Origin: Octopus vulgaris
Lineage: Eukaryota
DNA: 64,000 nucleotides
Direction of reading: 5' to 3'
Assembly (NCBI GenBank): GCA_951406725.2
Contig: OX597818.1
Location: forward strand, 47,058,001 to 47,122,000
The position numbers and the translations under genes are program-made. Below are positions 13,319 through 24,925 of the stretch, in pieces. The first letter of the stretch is position 1. Every line of letters begins with the position of its first letter. The notes under the pieces are model-generated. The model searched no databases and was not told where the DNA came from. It worked only from the letters and a program-made list of their open reading frames with translations.

Positions 13319-13798
13319 CCATAAATCCTCGAGTATAATCCGCATTTTTTCCCCAAAATTTAAAGGTCAAAATCCTTAGTGCATACTATATACGAGGTTA
13401 AAAATGAAAATTATTTTCTAAGCAATGTCCGAGTCTCTATTTGCTGTCCGGCAATGTTTATTTAGACACATTTTGTGATGTCAGGTGCAAAAATACCTTA
13501 AATCATCCATAACTTGCAGTTAGCAACATTTATTAAACGTTATTACTGTTATTTCTTTATTTTCTGCAAACAAAATACACAAAAATGCTACATGTTTGCA
13601 TTATGTTATATATACAATAATAATAAAGGACATTACCGTATACATTTTTACAAACCAAGGACGTTATATAGACCTTCTTGACTCAAGTTAGAGAAGGGGT
13701 GTGTATTATACACAAAGTTTAGGTTTTTCAGAGGTACAGCCCCCTAAAAATCCCCTGCGTATTATACTCAAGGGCGGACTATACTCGAGGATTTAGGG
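13319..13798. mobile_element. pogo/Tc2-like MITE
   Basis: TA-flanked TIRs CCATAAATCCTCGAGTATAATCCGC / GCGGACTATACTCGAGGATTTAGGG, with subterminal TATAC.CGAGG repeats. Confidence 0.8.
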
Positions 13799-15263
13799 TA
13801 TGTATGTGTGTATGTGTATGATGTTTGTCTTTGTTTCTCTTCTTAATGTCACATGATAGTAGTAGATGAGTTTCACTGTCACACAAATGGTGTCCTTCAT
13901 TTCTGATTTCTCCCTGCGAACATGTCCAACCATGGCGAAATAATATCTTGCTTGAAAACAAGCAATGGTTGGTGACAGGAAGGGCATCCAGTTGTAGAAA
14001 ATCTACCTCAACGAATTCCATCTGACTCATGCAAGCATGGGAAAGTGGACAATAAAATGACGACGATGATGATGATGAATACTTTTGTTGCTCAATGATC
14101 ACTGATGGTACAGCAGACCATTTTAGAAGATCCCTTGGGGAGTTAATTCCTTTGCAGTTTATCAACTTTTTTCAAATTTCAGTAATCTGTCCTGGAAATT
14201 TTGTAAGTCTTTCAAAATCTTATTTATAGCACCTCAACCATGCCTGGCTAAGTCAACCACTCCTCCTTCAGATGACTAAAAGTCATGCACTGACTAAGCT
14301 GTTTTGTGATTCATCTTTTATTTAACTCTGACTTACCTGAATTTGGTTATATGAGTCTCCTGCACACTTGCTTTTAAACACTGGCCTATATGCTGTTTGT
14401 CACACTTTAATATATCTAACACCAGCCCTTACTTCACAAACGTCTGCAAGACTGCATATCACCTTTGACCTGGTCTACTAAATGCAACCACTTCTCTTCT
14501 TGTCAGTACTTTTATGAAATTTCTTAAAAACACTTTGCTCACTTGTAGTGTTTTCAAATTCCTTCATGCTTCTCTCTCTATATTTTTTTCTACTGGTATC
14601 AACTCTCTCTCTCTCTTACTTGTACTTTTTATTTCTCTCAGTCATTAGACTGTGGCCACGCTGGGGCATCTTGAAGATTTTTAGTCAAATGAATTGACTC
14701 CAGTACTTATTTCTTAGCCTGGTGCTTACTTTATTGTTCTCTTTTGCCAAACTGATAAGTTATGGTTGTCAAGTAGTAGAGGGGAATAAACATAGACACA
14801 CACTTACACACTCATACATACATACATACATATATACATACATACGTACGTACATACATATGTACATAAATAAATAAATAAATAAATGTCTGTATGACGA
14901 GGTTCTTTCAGTTTCTGTCTATAAAATCCACTCACAAGACTTTGGTTAACCCGGTGCAATAGTAGAAGATACTTGCCCAAGGTACCATGCTGTGGGACTG
15001 AATATGGAACCATGTGGTTGGGAAAGAAACTTCTTACTACACAGCCATATATATATATATATATATATATATGATTTATATCATATTTATAACATTGGTG
15101 TTTTGCCAATCAGATTCGCAAGGAGCCACGACAGCTACGATTAGTGGGTTCAATTCAGCCTGAGGTTAGCTCATCGTTTTTCTGTCATTTGTTTATATTT
15201 AAAAATTGTCGCTTTAAAATCGGAGATTAAATATCATTATGATATATATTATATACAATTATA

Positions 15264-15294
<31 letters not shown>

Positions 15295-16499
15295 GAGCCT
15301 TTTTCAATATGGAAAACATCTCTGGCCATGAGAAATATTGCCTGGAAACAAGTGAGGGTTGCTGACTGGAAGGGTGTCCAACTGTAGAAAATTTGCCTCA
15401 ACAAATTCCATCTAATCCATCCAAGCATGGCAAAGCGGATGTTAAATGATGATGATCACACACACACACACACACACACACTTGTACAAGAAAAATTGAG
15501 ATAGAGAGGAAAAGGGATACGTAAGAGTAATGATGGCCTAATGGATTATGAGTAATAGTTGAGGAGCTGCAGTAGCAAAACAAAGCCACTAAGGAGAAGT
15601 GGTGAAGAAGGGTAAAAAGCACAAAAGAGACCTTGTAGTGGTGAAACAATGGGATTATGTTTAAGTTCTATGGTGTTCACGAAGACAAGCGTGGTGGTTT
15701 TGTGTAAGTGCAAAAGTGGTTTATGGTTGTTTAGTCCATTTTCTTCTTGGAGTAATATTGTGACTTCCTATACTAAACAAAGTTGGCACTTGAGGTTACT
15801 TCCTAATTTCAGTATATTCATGGGCAGTTGCAGAAATACAAACAGACCGTGATATTTTAAAGTTGTTATTGCTTTCTTGTAAGTCCCATATATATAACTA
15901 GAGAGACTTGTGAAGAGTTTCTTGTTCAACAAATCATCATCATCATCATCATCATCATCGTTTAACGTCTGCTTTCCATGCTAGCATGGGTTGGATGATT
16001 TGACTGAGGTCTGACAAACCAGATGGCTGCACCAGGCTCCAATCTGATCTGGAAGAGTTTCTATAGCTGGATGCCCTTCCTAACACCAACCACTCTGAGA
16101 GTGTAGTGGGTGCTTTTACGTGCCACTGGCATGAGGGCCACTCATGTGGTACTGGCAACAGCCACGCTCAAATGGTGTTTTTTACGTGTCACCTGCACAG
16201 GAGCCAGTCCAGTGGTACTGGCAACAACCTCACTTGAATGTTTCTTCTTATGCCACCGACACAAGTGCCAGTAAGGTGATGCTGGTAACGATCACACTCA
16301 AATGGAAGCTGGTCAGCTGCTCTGGCAACGATCACGCTCAGATGGTGCTCTTAGTGCTCCAGTCTGTATGACTAGAATCATGTCATGAGGCTGTTTCCTG
16401 TTAATCCATCATTCAACCCTTCAACATGGTACATCAAAGAATTAATAAGGCAAACATCTTTAGGGAGAGAGATGTTTGCTTGCTGTTGTAGTTACATGT

Positions 16500-18095
16500 A
16501 GGGACAGACATGGTGTTGCATGACAGGCAGTTAGAATTAAATGAGCTGATAGAGCTGGTGAAATATGAGAAAGAATTTTGACCAAATTTCTGATGAAAAT
16601 CTTGTGTCTATGAAATTTTGAAAATTGAAGAGAGATCAAATCCAAGAATTTTTTGGTTATGTTGGTTTAGACATCCTAACTGAAAAGTGCATTATTACCA
16701 TCATCATCATCATTTGATATCTGCTTTCCATGCTGGCATGGGTTGGATGGGTTGACATGAAGCTAGCTAGCCGGGAGCTGTCCAGACTCCAGCTGTCTGT
16801 TGCAGTATGGTTTCTATGGCTGGATGCCCTTCCTAACGCCAACCACTTAACAGAGTATACTGGGTACTTTTTACATGCCATTGGCATGGGTGCTTTTTAA
16901 GTGGCACCAGCACCTCAAAGGACAAGCCAGCATGTGTGGAAAACAGCAATTTTACTTAGGTTGACATGTCTTATCAAGTACAGCAAATCACATCTCCAGG
17001 TCCCTTGTCATTTCCTCATTGAGGCTGAACATCTGAAGATCCTTTCTCACCACTTTGTCCCACATCTTCCTGAGTCTACTCCTTCCACAGGAACCCTCCA
17101 CAATTAGAGTTCAGCACTTCTTTACGCAGCTGTTCTCATCCATATGCATCATATGACCAAACCAACGCAGTCTTATCTCCTGCACACAACATCTGATGCC
17201 TCTTATACCCAGTTTTCCTCTTAAATCGTTTACACTTTCATGCATACACACTAGCCATTACTCATCAAGCAGAGCATGCTAGCTTCATTTCTTTCAAGCC
17301 TTCTCAAATCCTCTGTTGTCGAAGCCCATGTTTCACTGCCATGTAACATTGCTGTACCTACACAGGCATCAGAGGCCCTTAGTTACCAACATAGTAGAAG
17401 CTCTGTGAACTTCACCCAACCCATTCTTATCCTAGCAACTACACTTTCAGAACTTCCTTCTCCGCTGCTAACTTGGTCTCCTAAATAACAGAAGCTATCT
17501 ACTACTTCTAATGATCCCCCCAAGCATTTGAGAGAACTTATTGTCAGCATATTTTTAGTGCTTACTGTACCTGCACATTTGCCGCACACGAAGACTTTTT
17601 ATCTCTGTTAACCTTCCTTTGATACTGCTACACCTCTTATGTGTACAAAGCTTGCGCTGGGTACAACATATGGAGTTTCTACCAATGCCCTTCTTACATA
17701 GCAAGTAAGGCCATCTCTCAGAAAGTACTTGTGACTGCACGATTTTTCCAGTTACATTTTTAGTCATAGCTGTAAGTGGTTCATCTCTACTTTATAATTT
17801 TTGAAAATCCACTACTGTTAAGTGCCTCATTGTAATGATGTGTAGCACTTTTGAAATCGTGGTAGGATAAAGAGGAAATGTTTATTAATACTGGGAGCTG
17901 AAATATGGAGAATGTTAAGTAAACAGCTTTCATGGATGTGAAAATTTACTAGTGCCTAAATTTAATGTGATATTTAGGAAGTTTACAGAGATCTTTAAAT
18001 CTAAATCTCTGAAAAACATTACAAGGTCTCTCCTAAATTTTCCCATACTGTTGTTGTTTATATTTCTCAAAAGAACAAACCTATTGTTGCAATAG
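16500..18095 (-). mobile_element. Penelope-like RT remnant interrupted by an RTE fragment (~16695-17725)
   Basis: KFRRDLVMFFRDLDLKISVNFLNITLNL and FSKFHRHKIFIRNLVK (PLE-like) flank FCYLGD...ARIRMGWVKF (RTE). Confidence 0.65.
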
Positions 18096-18104
18096 ATATT
18101 TGTC

Positions 18105-19700
18105 ATCACCATCGTTTAACATCCGTTTTCTATGCTAGCATGTGTTGGATGGTTCGACTGCAGTCTGGGAAGCCAGGAGGCTGCACCAGGCTCCAGTCTG
18201 ATCTAGCAGTGCTTCTACAGCTGGATGCCCTTCCTAACACCAACCACTACATGAGTGTAGTGGGTGCTTTTTATGTGTCACCAGTACAGGGGCCAGAGAA
18301 GGCTGGCAATGGACATGATCGGTTGGTGCTTCTTACGTACCACTGGCACTGATGCCAGTCAAGGCAGCGCTGGCATTGGCCACGTTCGCATGGTGCTTTT
18401 TACGTGCCACCAGCATGGGTATCACAACTGCAATTTCCATTTGATTTTTATTTTGGTGTTGGTGTTGACGTACTTGACTCAATAGATCTCCTCAAGCACA
18501 GCAGATCGCCCTATGATCCAAGGTAAGCACAGCAGGCCGTCCTGCGAGCCATGAACTCACTTCATTCATCGGGTCTTCGCAGTCACAGCATATCTCCAGA
18601 GGTCTTGGCCTCTGTGAGGCCCAACGTTCGAAGGTCATGCTTGACCACCTCATCCTATGTCTTCCTGGGTCTACCTCTACCCCAGATTCCTTCAACTGTT
18701 TGGGAGTGGCACTTCTTCACATATCTCTCCTCATCCATCCGTAGTACATGACCATACCAATGCAAACGTCTCTCCTGCATGCCACATCCAATGCTTCTTA
18801 TGTCCAACATTTCTTTCAGAGCGCTTACACTCTGTTGTGCGTGCACACTGATATTACACATCCAGCTTCATTTCTTTCAAGCCTACGCATGTCCTTCACA
18901 GTCAAAGCCCATGTTTCACTGCTGTGAAGCATGACAGTTCGCACACATGTGTTGTACAATCTACCTGTCACTCTGAGCAAGAGACCCTTTGTCACCAGTA
19001 GGGGTAGAAGCTTTCTAAACTTTGCCCAGGCTATTCTTATTCTAGTGGTAGCACTCTCTGAGCAGCCACCCCCACGACTAACTTGGTCACCTAGGTAGCG
19101 GAAGCTATCAACTATTAGTTTCTCTCCCTGGAGTGTGATGGAATCTGTTTTCTGAGTATCTGTGGTGCCTATTGCCCCTTTGCATCTGCCACACACGAAA
19201 GCTGTCTTCTCGGTTAATTTTCCTTTGATGTTGCTGCACCTCTTATGTGTCCATAGCTTACACTGGCTACATCTTATGGAGTTTCTGCCTACATCTTTAA
19301 TTCAGATCGAGCAGGGCCACCTCCCTGAGGGTGTGTGTGATGAGTTCGCCTTCCTACTTACTATAACTTTGGTCTTTGCTACATTGACTCTAAGGCCTTT
19401 TGATTCTAAACCTTGTTTCCACACCCAAAATTTTTTTTCTAGTTCCAGTAGTGATTCTGCTAGGAGGGCCAGGTCATCAGCATAGAGGAGCTCCCAGGGG
19501 CAATCCGTCTTGAATTCCTCTGTTATTGCCTGGAGGACTATGATGAATAAAAGGGGACTGAGGGCTGAACCTTGGTGAACCCCTACTTCTACCTGGAATT
19601 CTTCACTATATTCATTGCCAATCCTAACCTTACTAATGGCCTCTGTAATAAGGCCTGTACAGCCCTTATTAACCATTCGTCAATCTCCAGTTTCCACATC
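18105..19700 (-). mobile_element. 5'-truncated RTE-clade LINE (RT 3' half, 3' UTR)
   Basis: GVHQGSALSPLLF, LLYADD, FRYLGD, RLHWYGHVLRM, RGRGRPRKT; frameshifted. Confidence 0.92.
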
Positions 19701-20407
19701 AATCTTTAAAATTTACTTGTGCATTAAGTCTAAAATATATAAAATAACAATCTTGCACAGCTTCAGCTTGAATTTTAACACTGATTTGTCCCTAGAATCG
19801 TTTCCCCTGCTACTGCATTATTTTTAAGGGTACAAAAAACATGAGCACCCACTGTTTTAAAATCGTTATAACTTTCATTGTATTGAGTTTACAAACTTGA
19901 TTTTTTTTTGTATACTAATAAAGGAACAACATCATTATCCAGTATTTTAAATCTGGGTTTTGTCCCCATTATCAGGGGTGGCCAGATCTATCTCAATACC
20001 ATAGCAATCAAGGTAGGCATATGCAGCCCACCCCAACCTTTGGGCTGGCTGGTGCCCATTCTACTTTGCTATCATGAGGCTTTTTTGGAGCTGGCTTTTC
20101 TATGGGGAGCATGTTCTTCCTTACCCCCAACCTCAGTTTCTAGACATGAGTGGTCCTGAGACCAAGACCTCTACATGATTTTTAAGAAATGTGGTGGAAA
20201 TCTAGCTCAGGAAGGCAGGGATGTTACTCCCTGAGACTCCTTCTGGAGCCCCCTCCCCTACCTAATAGTTTAGTTCTGCATGCATGTTTTGATATTGAAA
20301 AAACAAAACAGAACAAAAACGAAAAACATAAGTGTATTGATAAACTTTTATCATACCTTGATCACTGTCTTTGGAGTTCTGGGGTACAATCTACTTTGGG
20401 GAAATTC

Positions 20408-20612
20408 AACCGTGTTTCGTGGTCTGCTACCACAACAGCTCCTTTATAGGATCCAGTTAGCTCAAGACATCATCAGGAGGAACCACGTCCGGTTTCGGCT
20501 CCTACTCCTCTACCGTTTTGACGTGCCCCCCCCTTCGGAGGTGTCTTCAGTTTCTGGTGTTGGGTGCGTGTCTTCTTTCTTCTGTTCCCTGGCCTCTTTG
20601 ATGTATCGTCAG
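20408..20612 (-). ncRNA. Cluster of hammerhead-like cores (three CTGANGA, two GAAAC)
   Basis: Minus strand CTGACGA 20612-20606, CTGAAGA 20550-20544, CTGATGA 20476-20470. GAGGA after the GTA triplet pairs with TCCTC before the third core. GAAAC at 20496 and 20418. The stem II junction is irregular. Confidence 0.45.
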
Positions 20613-20627
20613 TGAGTGTCAGCTGGT

Positions 20628-20662
20628 GACTGACTGTCTTGTCAAATTTTTCTCTTTAAATA
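20628..20662 (-). promoter_or_regulatory. Candidate Pol II core promoter (TATA + Inr) of a retroelement terminal repeat
   Basis: Minus strand TATTTAAA starts at 20662; TCAGTC initiator has its A at 20631 (31 nt spacing). Palindromic E-box GTCACGTGAC upstream at 20701-20710. Confidence 0.45.
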
Positions 20663-20678
20663 CCTGCCGCATAGGCTC

Positions 20679-20890
20679 CAGCAGGCAGCCCCAGCAAGTT
20701 GTCACGTGACACTGTCTCACCTTAACTGACTAGTGACGGCGCGTAGTTTTAGCCTGCACTTTTTCTAAACAACCGTCACCTGTCAGCAGGCAGCCCAGCA
20801 AGTTGTCATGTAACACTGTCTCACCTTAACTGACTAGTGAAGGTGCGTAGTTTTAGCCCACGCTTTTTCTAAACGACCGTCACCTGTCAG
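20679..20890. repeat. Direct tandem duplication, ~105 bp GC-rich unit x2
   Basis: CAGCAGGCAG...CCGTCACCTGT starts at 20679 and again at 20784. Confidence 0.9.
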
Positions 20891-21559
20891 TCACCTATCA
20901 AATTGTGGTACCTCTGAAAGCAGAGGTATGGGCAGAGTGTTACATCACACTTTCTGCACATGAACTGGATCTGGTAACACTTCTCTTTGTTCAAACAAAC
21001 AGCAAGAAGGCATACAGATTTCAGGTGCTTGGGGTTAAATAATAAGGTGGTGTTCTGTTAACAACAACCTTTCTGGTGGGGAAGGGTTTCTGTCCTGCTA
21101 TGTCTCATATGAGACACACCTGACAGGTAGCCTTCCAGTAGAGAATGTACAATTTTCAACCTGAACTTTTCGTTGCTGACCCAGCAAGCTGACTTGACTT
21201 CCCAAATGACAAGGGTATTGCAGAAACATCATCATCATCATCATCATCATCGTTTAACGTCCGTTCTCCATGCTAGCATGGGTTGGACGGTTCGACTGGG
21301 GATCTGGGAAGCCAGAAGGCTGCACCAGGCTCCGGTCTTATCTGGCAATGTTTCTACAGCTGGATGCCCTTCCTAACGCCAACTACTCCGAGGCTGGTAT
21401 TGACCACGGTCGGATTGGTGCATTTTACGTGCCACCTGCACGGAAGCCAGTCGAGGTGGCACTGGCTTCGGCCACGATTCGGATGGTGCTTTTTACGTGC
21501 CACCGACACGGAAGCCAGTCCCGTGTCGGTGGCACGGGACTGGCTTCCGGGTGAAAGAA

Positions 21560-22122
21560 AACTTTCTTCCTCCACTTGGTACATTTGTGCAACACCATGT
21601 AATATGTCACCTGCTTATCCATTCTGTTTTTCCCCATCATGTGTTGAGGGTAGGACTGCACAGCACAAAGTTTGTAAAATCTTTTAGTATCTATGAGGTT
21701 TTGAAAAAGTGAAGAGAGATCAATTCTAGGAAATTCTTGGTTTTGTTGGTTTGGACATCCTAACTGAAAATTGCGTTATACTGTAAAATTTTCCAGTTAC
21801 GTTTTTACCCTTAGCAGTAAGTGGTTCATCTCTACACTTTGCTATTTTTGAAAAATCTATTGTTAAGTGCCTCATTGTGATGATGTGGAGCACTTTTAAA
21901 TCACGTGTCATTCTAAGATAGAGAGGAAATGTTTACTAATACTTGGCACTGTGAAATGGGGGAATATTAGGCAGATAGAGTTTTTATGGATGTTTGCTAG
22001 TGCCTAAATTTAATGTGATATTTAGAAAGTTTACAGTGATCTAAGTCCCTGAAAAATATTACAAGGTTTCTCCTAAATTTTTCTATACTGTGGTTGTTCA
22101 TATTTCTTAAAACAACAAACGG
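21560..22122 (-). mobile_element. Penelope-like RT C-terminal/linker remnant
   Basis: VVLRNMNNHSIEKFRRNLVIFFRDL; homologous to 16500-16690 plus 17742-18095. Confidence 0.6.
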
Positions 22123-22935
22123 ATTGTACCCCCAACATCGCTTGACAACCGATGGTGGTGTGTTTATGTCCCCGTAACTTAGCGGTTCGGCAAAAGAGAC
22201 CGATAGATTAAGTACTAGGCTTCCAAAGAATAAGTCCTGGGGGTCGATTTGTTCGACTAAAAGGCGGTGCTCCAGCATGGCCACAGTCACATGACTGAAA
22301 CAAGTAAAAGAATAAAAGAGAATATGTATACATCTGCCCATATCATCATCATCGTTTAACGTCCGTTTTCCGCGCTAGCACGGGTTGGACGGTTTCGACC
22401 GGGGTCTGGGGAGCTAGGGACTGCCCCAGGCTCCAGTCTAGTCTGGCAGTGTTTCTACAGCTGGATGCCCTTCCATATGTATATATATATATAGATGTCA
22501 GTGTGCATACTTGACAGAGTGTAAGTACCTTAAGAGAGTCAATGTAGTTAACTAGCCCCCTCCTCTGAAATTGCTGGCCTAGTGCCAAAATTTGAAGCCA
22601 ATTTTACTGATCAGATTCAAACATTTTAATCAGTAGTGTTATTTTGTACATCCTATATTCCATACCAATACAAACTGAGATTTGATGTTGTTGAGGCGAA
22701 ATGTTTCACTTTCAGTATTATTCTTTTATTTGTTTCAGTCATTTGACTGTGGCCATATTGGAGCACCACCTTAAAGGGCTTTTTAGTTGAAGAAATTGAC
22801 CACAAGACTTATTCTTTGTAAGCCTAGTACTTACTCTATTGTGCTCTTTTGCTGAACTGCTAAGTTATGGGGATGTAAACATACCAACATCTGTTGTCAA
22901 GCAATGGTGGGGGAACAAACACAGACACACACACA

Positions 22936-22973
<38 letters not shown>

Positions 22974-23151
22974 GGAATTTACAAAAAAAACAAAAGATGA
23001 AGACAGGTGTGATAGGCTTCTTTCAGTTCCTGTTGACCAAATCCACTCACAAGGCTTTGTTCGGCCCGAGGCTATAATAGAAGACACTTACCCAAGGTGC
23101 TATGCAGTGGTACTGAACCCGGAACCATGTAGTTGGGAAGCAAACTTCTTA

Positions 23152-23728
23152 TTTCTTTATTGCCCACAAGGGGCTAAACACAGAGGGGATAAACAAGGAC
23201 AGACAAAGGGGTTATATCAACCCCAGTGCGTAACTGGGACTTAATTTATCGGCCCTGAAAAGATGAAAGGTAAAGTCGACTTTGGAATTTGAACTCAGAA
23301 CGTAGCTGTAGACGAAATACCTATTTCTTTACTACCCACAAGGGGCTAAACACAGAGAGGACAACAAGGACAGACACACAGATTAAGTCGATTATATCGA
23401 CCCTAGTGTGTAACTGGTACTTAATTAATCAACCCCGAAAGGATGAAAGGCAAAGTTGACCTCGGCAGAATTTGAACTCAGAACGTAGCAGCTGGTGAAA
23501 TACCTATTTCTTTATTACCCACATGGGGCTATACACAGAAGGGACAAACAAGGACAGACAAATGGATTAAGTCGATTATATCGACCCCAGTGTGTACCTG
23601 GTACTTAATTTAATTGACCCCGAAAGGATGAAAGCCAAGTCGACCTCAGCAGAAGTTGAACTCAGAACGTAGCGGCAGACGAAATACCGAAGCATTTCGC
23701 CTGGTGTGCTAACATTTCTGCCAGCTCG
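23152..23728 (-). mobile_element. SINE B head-to-tail trimer inserted in a SINE A, 15 bp TSD
   Basis: GAAGCAAACTTCTTA at 23137-23151 and 23737-23751; junction GAAATAC|CTATTTC occurs twice. Confidence 0.85.
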
Positions 23729-24341
23729 TGTGGTAAGAAGCAAACTTCTTACCACACTTGCCCCTAGTAGATTATGTTTTTAAAAAAATCATTTTAATGT
23801 TGTATGGGGTAACATTTTATAACCTTTCTTTTTTTTGGCATCAAATTTATAACAAATGACTTGCAATTGTTAAAAACAAAACAGATTCAAAATGATTAGC
23901 CTTTCTGAGTTATAAGTATGTCAGCCTCTGTCAAGTAACATTCTTTTAAGCATCTCTTGGTATAGTCTTCGTTTATTTATATATTTATTAATGTTCTAAA
24001 AACTTTTTCAGACTATTAGTTGAAACAAAATAACTGCAGTTCATTGTTGTTCTACTTAAAATAACTCACGATGCTCGTCTCCTTGAATGTATATTTAAAT
24101 AAAGACTAGTCTGATATGAACAGAATAAATATAAAATTATTACTACATATTTTGATAATACTACAGACATGTCAGGAAAACTATCTAGATTATGTAAACT
24201 CTTAAATTGGTATAATTACTGTAGTATTCAAGCATAATTTGTCATGATTCCATTGCTAGTTCATCTGCCCATGATCTTAATTTCATGTTTTGATGTTATA
24301 GTCTCTCACAAATACTTTGTCTTTTGAGACATTTGAGGATA

Positions 24342-24925
24342 AACATGGATATAATATTCATTGTAGGGTCCTTTATTTGACTGAAGGAATCCATTAAAAT
24401 AGTTCCCTTTTTTTTTTTAAGGATTCCAAATTTAAGTATAACAACCCAATTAATTTTGAATAATTTCCTTAAAATGTATGGAAGCACATCTTTTGCCTTT
24501 TATTTGTTTCGGTCATTGGGCTGTGGCCATGGTGGGGGCACTGCTTTGAAGGGTTTAACTGAACACATCAACTTCAGTACTTATTTTTAAGTTTGATACT
24601 TATTTTATTGGTCTCTTTTGTTGAACCACTAACATGGATATAATATTCATTGTAGGGTCCTTTATTTGTTTGACTGAAGGAATCCATTAAAATAGTTCCC
24701 TTTTTTTTTTAAGGATTCCACATTTAAGTATAACAACTCAATTAATTTTGAATAATTTCCTTAAAATGTATGGAAGCACATCATTTCCCTTTTATTTGTT
24801 TTGGTCATTGGGCTGTGGCCTTGGTGGGGACACTGCTTTGAAGGGTTTAACTGAAAACATCAACCCCAGTACTTATTTTTAAGTCTGGTACTTATTTTAT
24901 TGTTCTCTTTTGTTGAATCACTAAA
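24342..24925. repeat. Local tandem duplication, ~290 bp
   Basis: AACATGGATATAATATTCATTGTAGGGTCC starts at ~24342 and ~24631; the unit includes part of a SINE. Confidence 0.9.

Noticed and set aside
16585-16630. CTGATGA-AAAT...ATTT-GAAA motif
   Set aside because: No NUH cleavage triplet; it is the antisense of a PLE coding remnant and is absent from the paralogous copy.
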